The notes under the pieces are model-generated. The model was not told where the DNA came from. It did not search any database and saw only the letters and a program-made list of their open reading frames with translations. A program made the position numbers and the translations under genes. A DNA stretch of 64,000 nucleotides from Stylophora pistillata (Eukaryota): positions 35,052-99,051 of the forward strand of contig NW_019217810.1 in assembly GCF_002571385.2 (NCBI RefSeq). Reading direction: 5' to 3'. Of this stretch, positions 1 through 11,200 are shown piece by piece. The number at the start of each line of letters is the position of its first letter. The first letter of the stretch is position 1.

Positions 1-53
1 TTATTGTTATTGTTATTGTTATTATTATTATTATTATTACTACTACTACTACT
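1..53. repeat. (TTG/TTA/CTA)n microsatellite in the last intron of RPL4
   Basis: Trinucleotide runs ttattg/tta/cta are directly visible. Confidence 0.9.
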
Positions 54-156
54 CATCTGGTTTAGGTCGATGTTATCTAGTGCCTTCCGGTTGAAAGGGC
101 GAGTTAAACTGAGGTATTGATCTTGATGCAAATAGTAATTAAAATTGATTTTGTAG

Positions 157-328
157 ACCCAGAAAGACCCGCCGAGCAATCCGCAAGAAGAATCCGCTCA
201 AGAATTTGAACGTGCTGATGAAGCTGAACCCTCACGCTAAGAGTGTCAAACGGGCTGAAATGCTGACTGTAGAGCGGAGAAGGGCTGCTAAAGAGGCAGT
301 ACTGAGCAAGAAGAGAGAAGGAAAATGA
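157..328 (+). CDS. RPL4: 60S ribosomal protein L4 (uL4), last coding exon; absent from the ORF track
   Basis: Acceptor ttttgtag ends at 156. The frame from 158 reads PRKTRRAIRKKNPLKNLNVLMKLNPHAKSVKRAEMLTVERRRAAKEAVLSKKREGK*, matching the eukaryotic L4 C-terminal KKNPLKNL..MLKLNPYAK motif. AATAAA at 363-368. Confidence 0.93.
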
Positions 329-628
329 AATGCTCAACTGTTAACGCTGTAATGAAAGGACGAATAAAACAGCAGTGAATTCAGTGTAAAAATCGTTTGT
401 TGGTTTTAGGCTCATTTTATGACCCCAGCAGGTTTATTGACATGATAGATTTCCAGTATGCTCGTGCTGTCTATCAGGAGTTAAAAATGATAGCTTAACC
501 GCGGGATTCATCTAGCCCCTCCAGCTCGATAAAGAAAATAATCTATTTATAGTTATTAATGTTATGCTAACATACTGATATAACAGTTCACTATAATCAC
601 AAAGTACAGATTCCCTCGTAAGGATTGT

Positions 629-865
629 TTAGACTAGCCCATTCCAGTCTGTAGCCGTGAAAAAGTGCACTCCTAGGTCTTCAACGCTCGCTCCATGTGC
701 TTTTAGAGAATTCCTCCTCCTGCTTGCAGAAGAAAAATATTCAACAGCATACTCCAGCCAGTCCTCTGGCTTGTCTCGTAGAATTACCAGGACGAATCCT
801 TCAAGCAGCTCCACAAGTCCTGGAGGAATTGCACTTTTTCTCGAGTGGGATGCCATGTTATCCAT
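629..865 (-). CDS. Small PKA RIIa dimerization/docking (D/D) domain protein, copy 1 (78 aa)
   Basis: IPPGLVELLEGFVLVILRDKPEDWLEYAVEYF matches the RIIa D/D consensus IPPGLTELLQG(Y/F)[20 protein letters not shown]. Minus-strand AATAAA at 433-438. Paralog at 2792-3055. Confidence 0.82.
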   Translation of the reverse strand: MDNMASHSRKSAIPPGLVELLEGFVLVILRDKPEDWLEYAVEYFSSASRRRNSLKAHGASVEDLGVHFFTATDWNGLV

Positions 866-2791
866 AATGTAGTGGGCAGTTCTTCCGTCAATACAGTTGG
901 GAATTATGACGTTATCTGATTCGCGCGTGCAGCGTCGTCCTCAGAGAAAGCGCGGGGAGAGTGAACTTTGGGAACCCTCTGACCATCGCCGAAGCTCGTG
1001 GGCTCTATTTTTCTGGAACAGTACCGCTGGCCAAAAAAAACTGCAGCTTTGGAGACCAGGCGGAACCCTGTGCTAGATTAGCTGCGGAGAGCACAACGGT
1101 CAAAGGTCGTACATACCCAAGGAGATCAATTAATGGCAAGTTGCAGGACAATTTTAAAGGAAAACAACATCTATCGCACAAAACATTCGAAAGAACTGAA
1201 ACGCGCATATAAATCTGAAAATATAAGTAGAGGAAAGGAAAACTCGAGACTTTTCGACCATAGAGCTTGTTTAGTTACGGCTACCCTCTTCAGCTTTATC
1301 AAAAAGTTGATACAGATTTGAAACATGTGACTTATCAACAAGTGTAACTGTCTGTTTCTTCTTTTTCGCCATTAAGCCACCCCAAAGCTCGCTCATGTGT
1401 TTGATCGCTTAGTTACTTCGAAAAGGATGGCACGCTCAGGTCGATATTTATATTTAGTAGCTACACATTTTCGGTAATTCCACTGATCAAAATCGTTTTA
1501 TGATGTAGGGAGTGGTCTCGAAAAATATTTATAGACCTAGTGACTAAATTTATACAGTAAGGAAAAAGCGAAAAATAATTCAAAAATGCTAGATAACATC
1601 TGATCTGCGTTTGCCATGCGGTTGCCGTGCGGTTGCGGTGCGTTTGTCATACTGGGCGACCAGTGGTATCATAGTACTGAACTATGGTGGTATCCGACAT
1701 TAAAACTCAAACCCTTTTCTATGTCGTGTTACGAACGAGAGAGTTAATCGGTTAAGTCGACTGAAATAAAGTTAGGGGAAGTTAAAAGTACGTAAGGAAA
1801 CTCAACGAAATCAAAGGATTCATAGGCAAAAAAACAAAAACAAACAGAAAAAACTGTGAGGTGTAGAACGACAAAAAAGCTAAAACAAAAGCACGGTTGT
1901 GTGCGCACGCGTACAGGAAATTCATGGAAAATTCCGTGGTCAATGAAGTTATTTCCGGGCTTGTTTTTGTGTTTGTTTGTATTCAGGCGGAAGCGCTTGC
2001 TACCAGCGGGGATTCTATCGTGAGAGAGGGCGTGAAACACGCTATCAGCGAAAACCTAGAATTTATTCTTTATATTAGATGACCGGGGACATTCGAGTGA
2101 ATAGGTGACATTCGTTAACCTTGTATTCGGCGTAATTTGCCTTAGTAGTGTATTACAAAATTTGTCAGTGAACAAGCGGTCTCTTAGTAGGTGGCTAGCT
2201 GCTTTGGGCTGAGCTAATGGCTATAGAGAAAACTAACACCCAGACGGGCGTTCAGACAGTCCATTAGTCATTGACCGAATCTCGACCTGGTAGTGTCTTA
2301 GTTTACGTGCACTGAAATAATTCCTTTAAAATCCTAGCATGACTGTTGTCGCTTAAGATTTTATCGGATAATAAGTTATGTTTTAAGATTATAATCTCTT
2401 TCCTGAGTCAATTAAAGTGATTAAATGCCACGAGAGAGATAACTGTGGTTATTTTTTATCGTATATGGTTAACCAAACCGGGGAATAACAGGAGCTGCAT
2501 ATTTTTACGAGGAGTCCGTTCAATTCAAGAATATTGGTGGTTGCCCTGGACATATATTTTTAGATCTTTTAGCCAATTGTTCAGATATCCACCGTGACCG
2601 TGTTAAGAAGTTCGCGTGAGGGCTTCGCAGCTTTCCGTGATAAATACTCGGGGTGACATTTCGATCACCTTATTTAAACCTGTTGGATTTCATTGAAAGC
2701 GGCCATAAAATATTTTCGCAGCAAGTGGCTGGGAGCAAGGCGAACGGACATTTTATGAAAAGTTCGATTGCTTGCGACGGAAATTTGGAGA

Positions 2792-3055
2792 ATGCATCAG
2801 AAGATTACAGCAAAACATGGAAAGTTTTCGTCCCATTTGGTGAACCCGGTTTGTATTACAGAGGATCTTATTTGTCTTCTAGAAGGTTTCACCATAACAG
2901 CTATGAATGAAAAACCCCGAAATGAAGACTTAGTGGAATTTGCAGCCAGTTATTTCGAAGAAATACGAAACAAGAGAAACTTGCTGGCGGAGAGAGGGAT
3001 TGGTAACTTCAGAACTGGTTTATACCTCAGTAAAGAATGGAATGGACAAGTATGA
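2792..3055 (+). CDS. Small PKA RIIa D/D domain protein, copy 2 (87 aa from the first ATG)
   Basis: ITEDLICLLEGFTITAMNEKPRNEDLVEFAASYF fits the RIIa D/D pattern. It aligns with copy 1 through to the shared C-terminus WNG[LQ]V*. Confidence 0.78.
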   Translation: MHQKITAKHGKFSSHLVNPVCITEDLICLLEGFTITAMNEKPRNEDLVEFAASYFEEIRNKRNLLAERGIGNFRTGLYLSKEWNGQV

Positions 3056-5244
3056 CACTGCCATATCATTTTGGACTACAAAAGTTGTTGAACTAATATT
3101 TCGTAATTTGGAGACTTAAAACTGACTTGGCACACTGATGAAGGACGAAATTTGACGGGATTACTGTCAGCGGAGGAACGGAAGTGCCATCGAAGACAAT
3201 TTAAAGCGTTGTTTGGCTGCATTTTGAGTAGATGTAGGGAATCTATACCGTATTTTAAAGACAAGTTAAGCCAAAAAGTTTGAGGGGAGTACATGTACAA
3301 GTGCTATTACGAATTATGTAAATTAACGGAATATTTCACACTGGGCTGAAGAATCATGCGGACAAACAACAACCAGTCTCTAGTTTTAGAGGCATCATTA
3401 TATCGTATGTATTGCCAGTTCACCGTGCTTCCAGTTGAAGAAGAACACTATGATTGGACTCAATGTTTGAATCCATCAAGTGAAACGTGGAATCACGTAA
3501 TCAACTTGAAGCATGTTCAAGGTTTAAAAATGTTCTTCGGTTTTCAGCGTAGGCGAAGAAGTTGTTAAGTATCAAATTTCAGGGTTTATAGAAGAATTCG
3601 TCCGAACTAGCTAACTTTATCTTGTGGAAGTGAGTTATAATAACTTAATTCAACCGTGACTCCATTCATTAAAATGCTCCGCATATGTTCCCATTAGGTA
3701 TATTGTGTGTGGGATTCTAAGTTCAAAATCGTGGTCACGAAATAAATACAGATTGATGACTAACATATCCAGTATCGAGGTTTACGCAAAAGTTTGCCAA
3801 GGCCTTAAATAACATTTTAATCTTGTTAATTTGTTGACAGGAATCCAGAAGACTTTATTTTAGGCGGAGCAAGATGCGTCTTAGGCGATGTAGATGTTTT
3901 TGTTCGGGGGATAACAGTCTCAATTACAAAAGGAAAGGAAATGGCACATTACTAAGATATTCGTGATCACCAACGACATGCAATCAACAAAACAATAGGA
4001 CGCAATTTTTTCGAGAAGGCAACTTATCTATAGAAACTCACATCCTTTTATTTATACTCCGTGAGTGCGTAGGAGTGTTAAGAAATTTCGGGAAAACATC
4101 CGGAAAAACGTAACAGTACTTGAGCTTGTTCTTACTCTTAGAAGCCATGAAACACGTCCGCAACAGACAAGCCTTCAAACCACAACCCTCTTTCTGGAAA
4201 AATAACTACATTTTGGGGTTTTTTGCCGACTCATTACGGCAAAAGACCTTTTTAAAATCTCTTACAAAGCTCTCCACTGCAAGAGGCTTAAAATTTTCGG
4301 ACCTGTTACTTTTAGTTATTTGGCGGGGTGTGAATTCAAAACCGTTTCTTTTTTTTTTATCCTCATTTCAGAATTTTTCTTCATTCGTTTTTGAATTATA
4401 GGTTTACTGTGTTAATCTCAGTCAAAAGAAACCGTCAAAATTTCGTGCAAATAACAACAATGACTGATGTTCTAGCGCCACGCTTTCTCTGTCCTTCTTT
4501 TGTTCCTGAGATCTACGACTGAACACAGGTCAGTTGGAAGTTATTATTTGGTTAAATGGATCAAATTATTATGTAATGTAAGCCACTTATGGCGGACCGT
4601 CTGTAAAGCTATGAAGCGCCAAACATGCACGGAAGGAAGATGTCAAGATAAGAGTAAAGTAGTCTACAGATATACTCTACATGCATGGCCTTGGCTGCCG
4701 TCTCGTGACAATTTTCATCTTAAAGCCATACCAAAGAAATTCAATAAAATAGTGACACAATATGAAACGCCTACGCTGTTCCACCTTCGGAAGGGGCAGG
4801 ATGTAAATTACTGCCCGGGGGAGCCGGCGCTTTTACTAACGATTTCTTAAAAAAAAAAAAAAAAGAAAAAAGAGTTTCCCTATACGCCCAGTGTAAAGAT
4901 ATAAAATTTCTCCATAACTTGTTTCAGGTTTTTCTTTCCAGTAAGGTTTATAAATATTTGTGATTCCCGACTTGACTCAAAGCCAAAAACCTGTCAACTT
5001 ATTTTTTAATCCGTTGTTAATCTGCGTGTTTTTTGCTGATAGGAGTAAGCTCTACATCGATAGAAGTCTCTTGAAAAGGCACATGAATTGATAATAATTG
5101 AGCTAATTAGACTGGAGGACAATCATTACCTTGTAAAAAGTAATGATCAATGAACTGAACAAAATAAAAGACTACCCGCCCACCCACAATTTTTTTCGGC
5201 GTGTGTCCTCCGGAAGTTAAGGTCCAGTCGTCTTCATTTATCAC

Positions 5245-5670
5245 CTCATGTACCCGAGACAACCCTCCCCCCCCCCACGAGACAACTTTACAGAGCGTTT
5301 GTATGAAATTTGACATCTGCTAACCTCGTTCGGCTAGGCCAGGTTGCATATTCGACAAAGTGGTAGACGTAGGCGACAGGAAAAAAAAGCTGTAAAACGC
5401 ACGTGCACTGGTTATAGTGTGCGCACGCATTTCCTGTTCGGGTTTCGTCGTCTCGGATGGGCGAGACAAGGTGTTTACATGAGAAAAAGTTGTCCTGCCT
5501 GCCAAGGTTACCCAACCTGCCGAGGTGAGACAACTTCCACGCCCCCCCAGGTTTTCTTGCCTACCTGAGACCAGTTACAACCTCATTTAAACGGTCGGCT
5601 GGATTTTGTAAAGAAATGAGTGAGAAGTTAGCTCGCCCAGGGTAACTCGGAGGGAGGATTGTCTCGGTAA
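5245..5670. mobile_element. Degenerate non-autonomous DNA element with inverted repeats
   Basis: ccgagacaaccctcccc (~5254) and gggaggattgtctcgg (~5652) are inverted repeats; internal repeated gagacaa motifs. Confidence 0.5.
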
Positions 5671-6349
5671 AGTAGTTGCGAACATCAGCAAATGTGGATT
5701 CGGGGTACGGTTGAAACAGTTACGTCATAGTCCTCCGAGTTTGTTTCCTCTTGGCCTAGCTACCTAGCTGGCGCGGTTTTATGTGCGTGAAACGAACAGC
5801 GAGGCTCCCTAGAGGTCTGGGACGCCACCCAATGCTCTAGCTCCAACACAAAACCGCCGGCTTCGAAGGCTAGCTTCTTTGTGTTAATACATTTTCTTGG
5901 GGAGAAGCTTTCAACAACTTGAATACCTTTTCCGAGGGCAGAAAGGCTACAAAGTCGCGAAGAGAACTGTCTTCCGATTTCTTTGAACTAAAATAGCTTT
6001 TCTCGAGCACTTATGGGAAGTTTGAGCGAAACTTTATAAATTTAAACTCAACTCAACGTTCATCGCTGTTTACGTTCTCTCGCCATAGGTTCATTTTTGG
6101 TAGAAATTTCGCTTTTTTTTTTTAAATCAGACGAATCTATACTTTTCTATGTTATTCGTGAAAAGGAAATAACAGTTGTTTTGACATGGTGCCGGAGGGC
6201 TTTGTTCACGGACATTTGTTCACGGGCATTTGTTCACGGACATTTGATAATAAATCACAATTCTTTCACTGCGAGCGTTTCTGTGTGAAGGCTCTTGAGA
6301 AACCACCAAAAACAATGCCTAAAGCAGTCTTTACGAAATAAGCGTCACT

Positions 6350-6362
6350 GTTGCTAGGCAAC
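6350..6362. promoter_or_regulatory. RFX X-box upstream of the LRRC74-like gene
   Basis: GTTGCTAGGCAAC, a near-perfect X-box palindrome, lies ~150 bp before a strong donor AAG|GTAAGA at 6511/6512 (putative non-coding exon 1). Confidence 0.75.
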
Positions 6363-7571
6363 AACTTAATTTAACTAATTACACTCAAGTGTATCGTGTT
6401 GGTCTTGAAAGCAAGCGATAAATTTAATGCCTTTTACGCACACGCAAAATCAAGGAATTTCATCCAGGAACTAAAGGGATTTAGCATAGGGAGCAAGAAG
6501 TCGCCTTGAAGGTAAGATATCTCGGCGGTTTGCATGTCTGAGTCCAACAAAAGTATTCAGGAGATATCACTTTCAGTGCTCATGTGGATATTTTACACTG
6601 ATTTTCAATATAGACACTTGTCTGTTGTGCATCGAACGTAGCGTTGTTTGTTTGTTTCTCTCTTGGCCTACTATGTTTGCTGGCGTATACCACAGACTTG
6701 TTTGTTTACAAAGCAATCATAAAGAAACGTCGCTATTTGATGACAAATTGTATTCTACTAGTTTAAACACGCCTGGACCATGATAAGTGAGTGATTTTCT
6801 TACAATAACAAAGTAGAAAAATCATAAGCGGCCGTGATTTTACAAAAGGCTACTTGGCAACTGCGCGTGAGTGAGCAATCGTTCGATTTCATCGTTGCAT
6901 CGGCGAACTGTCACTAACGGCATAAAGTCAATGTGTCAAATTCTCAGAGATGACGATTTTGAATTTTCTAACGCTAAAAGAACTAAAAAAAGCTGGACGC
7001 GGAAAAAACTTTGCGAATTTTTCTACTGTTGCACAAACTAAGGCAATTGTATTTAAAAGTTGTCTTGAGCAACATTAAAGTAAAAGCTTGTATTCTCGCA
7101 GAATGCAGCTGTGTTAGTTCGCGTAAAATTGTTCTATAATTAATCATAAATTATTCTTAAACTAATGCGATTGGCGCTAGTTTTTGTTCTCCGATCGTCG
7201 CAGTTTACAATCACATTTCTAGTTTACTCGGCGAAGTTGCTCCTAAGTTAACCAGATATCGGACATAATTTCATCAACATTTCGCCAATATGATATGAAA
7301 TTTAATATCAAACAATTGATTATCAAAATTATCATCAATATTGGGAGCATTTTACATAATTAACGAAACTTCACGCTGTTTGCGCAAAGCTTGTATCTGT
7401 TAATATTCATAACAGTAACATAGTGATCTTTTACATCACGAGATTTTGGCTTTTTTCTCAAAAGACGTTTGCCGCGTTGGAAGAGATTGCCAAACTACAG
7501 ATATTAGCCACAAAATTTAGAGAGTGCCTTTCATGCATGCAATCCGACTCCAGCCAAAACTTTAAATAAAT

Positions 7572-7604
<33 letters not shown>

Positions 7605-7626
7605 CACAGGATAATTTGTATTAATA

Positions 7627-7730
7627 TTCGCTCTGACGAAGGGCTAACGCTCGAATCTTAAGCTTTAGAGTCTCTCTATGGCGCCAATTTATATTATAAA
7701 CTCAGCGGGGTGATAAAACTAAATTTTCTG
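7627..7730 (+). mobile_element. Relic of a Penelope-associated terminal repeat with a degenerate hammerhead core
   Basis: ctctgacgaagggctaacgctcgaatc has a CTGACGA box and stem II, but the GAAA box is mutated to GAAT. Confidence 0.5.
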
Positions 7731-8263
7731 GTTTGGCCAAAACAGGCAAAGACGCAACGACACAAAACAAAAAAGGCAGAACCAAGATAGTTTGAATGAA
7801 AAAAAAATTGAAATATTATCGAGGTCGAAATTGAAATCCTTTGCTTTCTTCTATGAAACGAGTGAGTGTGTTTCTTTTCGCATCTGGTTTCTGCAATAAA
7901 TTTGTTTTATGTCAAAGGAAATTAACGGCCGAGAGATTTGCGCCACTTGAAATGCATTATACCTCTCAATAATCTTTTGGAGAATGGAAAAACACTTTTA
8001 AAAGTGTTAAAATAAATATTCTGCTAAAATAATGGACACTTCGAGATTAAAACCTTCCGGTCTGTTCTGAGCCGAGCCGGATAAAGAGAAATATCTGGCA
8101 TAAGTTTTCCCTCAAAAGCAAAGTTAACACTGTCCCTGTCACTGTTTATTACAAGTTACGCTTGTCATTTTTTTTTTAACAGGGATCCGCCTGATAGACT
8201 GCGAGGTCATATGTGAGAATCTAGGGTCTTCAACTCAGAATCAATCTTAAAACGAAACTGAAT

Positions 8264-11200
8264 ATGTCCGCCACAAGTAACGATAACATAAATGTAGGTC
8301 CGCATAACGTACCGACTCTCAGTGTACAAGAAGTGGTAGATTCCAATCAGAATGTAACAGCTTTTAGCTCGACTAGAGGCAGCGCACAGATCGAATGCAA
8401 GTCAGGAATTATCACTGAGGGAGAATCCAAAAGTCGACAAAGAAGCGGGCGAAGCCAGCAATCGAGTGGTGAGTCACAATTGAAATTGATTCTAGCATGA
8501 GTCGACGAAATTCGAATCACGATCAGTACTGCGTATTCAGTTGAAAATGGAGGAATTGAATAAATCGGTTTCCGTCGAAAAAGCTTCATTCAACTATTAT
8601 TACGAAGGGAGTTCGCTGATCACAGCTATTCAAACCATGGGAGATGGGTGCTTTCGAGCTGCTTAATAAGTATATCAGCCGATAAGATGCTTCAACAATC
8701 TCATTATCTAATCAGGAAATTTGGTTTTAATTTTTTGATTATCACTCTTCCAGGGAAAGGCTAATTTTTTAAAATTTCATGCTCACCTTTTTTTTTCTGA
8801 AACTTCATTCGATAACTCTATAAGATATGGCGAAGTTAAAAAGACTTCAAAACTTTAGATAATCTATAGTTTAATGAAGTTTATTGTTTTCTTCTTGCAA
8901 AGAGAGAGCAAGAAGCAACAACGAGCTTTTACTTCTTTACTTTCAACAGCTAAATCTAAAAGGGCAGGTACAGGCAAAAGCAAGCTGATCCCAGTCCCCA
9001 CTCCAGCTAAGGACACTTCCAAAGAACAGATTGGCTCAGATGCGGAAGCTGGGGAGAACAGTGATTATGATACAGATCTGGAATTCGAAGAACCTCGTCT
9101 AGAATACGACCCAACAGGTAAAATAAATAGCATATTAGACTCCTTTGTATATTGGCACACAATTTTTATTCACCGGATAGGAACTCTATAGTAATTCCTT
9201 TGTGTCAATGAGCATTTTTGTGGTCATCGTTTCTTTGAAACCTAGAATAGTTACATTATATTATTATTATATATTATATATTATTACCTATCATATATTA
9301 TTATAATATACATATATTTAACAATTATTCACCTAAGGTTCGGTGAATATCGTCAAATAATCCCCAAGACGAAGTCGAGGGGATTATTCGAAAATTTTCA
9401 CCGAACCTGAGGCGAATAATTGTTTTAGTGTAATTTCAGAGCTGAAAGATGAACGATAGACCGAGTAAATTCATCGTGTCTTTAAATTTGACAACAAATG
9501 AACAGAAAACCAAGACGTTAAGTGACAGTTATATTTCGGTATAAATTATACCATCATCAGACTGAAAATATATACAAAATTAGGATCTTAAATAGTTACA
9601 AAAGGTATACTCAAGAGAACAGGCAAAGTTCTCTGCTGGATTTTAATCCATTGTTAAGTGGTGGTGAATGGCGCTTAATGTGGAAGGCCTCTTTGTATAA
9701 TAACAGGTTCCAATTATCGTCATAATCTAACACTGTGGTGTTATTCTGAACTACATTGATTGTGTATTCATTATTGCCGAAAACAGTTGGTGAGATGATG
9801 TTATTTAAAGTATCCGGTAAATTAAATAAATTATGGATAAAGGTTCAATGTTCGCAAGTGCGTAGATGTTTGTAAATCGCACTCTCTTTATCAGTTAAAG
9901 CATGTTCACGTGTTCTGATGAGAAAGGTTCTATCAGTTTTACCAAGTAGGATGACTGACAGCCAGGACAACTGAATTTGTAAGCATAGTTCTGTGGTTTT
10001 CTCGCGAGTTCTAATCTGGGTGTTAGGGTTTTTTTAAGTGTCTTCGCAGCTTTCGTTTGAAGGAACGTAAAAGTTGTGATGTTTTCTTGCCAATGTAGGG
10101 AATAGAAAGCCAAATGGTGACGGGCTCATCTTTATCTGTTCTCTTGAGTATACCTTTTGTAACTATTTAAGCTCCTAATTTTTTAGGTATTTTCAGTCTG
10201 GTGATGGTATAGTTTATACCAAAATATAGCTGTCACTTAACATCTTTGGTTTTCTGTTCATAGACCACTTTCATAATTGGCTTCCGGATTAATATTCTTT
10301 TGTCTAAATTTTAAATTAGCCCTTCTGACCTCGTTCTCCAGTAAAAAATTCAAAAGAAACATTATCTCAAGCGAGGCCAGAAGGGCTAATCTAATTTTAA
10401 ACAAAAAAATATTAATCCAGCAGCCATTTATGAAAGTGGTCTATTTGTTGTCAAATTTAAATACACGACGAATTTACTCGGTCTATCGTTCATCTTTTAT
10501 GTTCTCAAATTATCATCTGGTTCTGGCTTTCAGAGCCAAACAACAGAGCAATTTCTAAAATCATAACATTTTAGTAAGTTAAACATTTATTAACATTTTA
10601 TTTTAACATTTTATATAAACCGCGTGGAGCGGTTTATATAGCGTTATATAAGGAACCGCTTGACCAATCAGATTGCTAGAAACTCTTTGCTCAGCTCTGA
10701 AATTATACTAAAAACAATAATTCACCCTAGTATCAGTGTCCACTTCAGTTAATAGTTAACTATCCGTTCTTGCTTGGGTTTCAAATTCTTAACACCTGTA
10801 CGCTTAACAATCTATTGATATTATAAGGAGAAATCAGTTCCTAATCAAAGGCGAGAATTGTACTAAAATTCCCAATTAACGCTGAGACTGGGACCTTTGA
10901 TGCCCGCCCAATTTGAAAAAATTCTCCGCATTAATTATAGTTTATTCTTTTTTTGGAGTGAAATTCCTGGCGCTTATTCAAGCCGAAGGGTGCCAGAGAG
11001 AACAGCTGTGCGCTCCAATATGCTTCTTTGGTAATTAGAAGTTTCTCGATGTTACCTGAATTGTTTACTGTTGCCTGCACTTGATCAATGCATTGGAATG
11101 AGAAATCGCTTAAATCATGCGGTGTTTTGTTAAAATGTACCTCTACTTCACAGGTCTTTTTCTTAGTGACCATAGCAGACTTGTGGTTGCGAAATCTAAC

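Larger units (their letters stand above)
9446..10498 (-). mobile_element. 5'-truncated Penelope-like retroelement (GIY-YIG endonuclease end) with inverted pseudo-LTR
   Basis: Minus strand reads YKFSCPGCQSSY/GKTDRTFLIRTREHA..SAIYKHL..LLYKEAFHIKRHSPPLNNG* (frameshifted; stop 9611-9613). 9446-9621 is an inverted copy of 10136-10261 plus 10443-10498. Confidence 0.85.
9319..10726. mobile_element. Hairpin-ended non-autonomous element hosting nested insertions (possibly Crypton-like)
   Basis: Hairpin with ~46-bp arms at 9320-9424. Subterminal inverted repeat 9414-9445 versus 10691-10723. ccaatcag box at ~10664. Confidence 0.6.

Noticed and set aside
1-156. Intronic snoRNA in RPL4
   Set aside because: RPL4 introns host snoRNAs in vertebrates, but no C/D or H/ACA structure is evident in this fragment.
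104-337. 77-aa minus-strand ORF
   Set aside because: Antisense to the RPL4 exon.
8901-8905. Alternative acceptor for LRRC74-like coding exon 2
   Set aside because: AG at 8901-02 gives the wrong phase and the AG at 8903-04 has a poor context; the acceptor at 8949 has a pyrimidine tract and the right phase.
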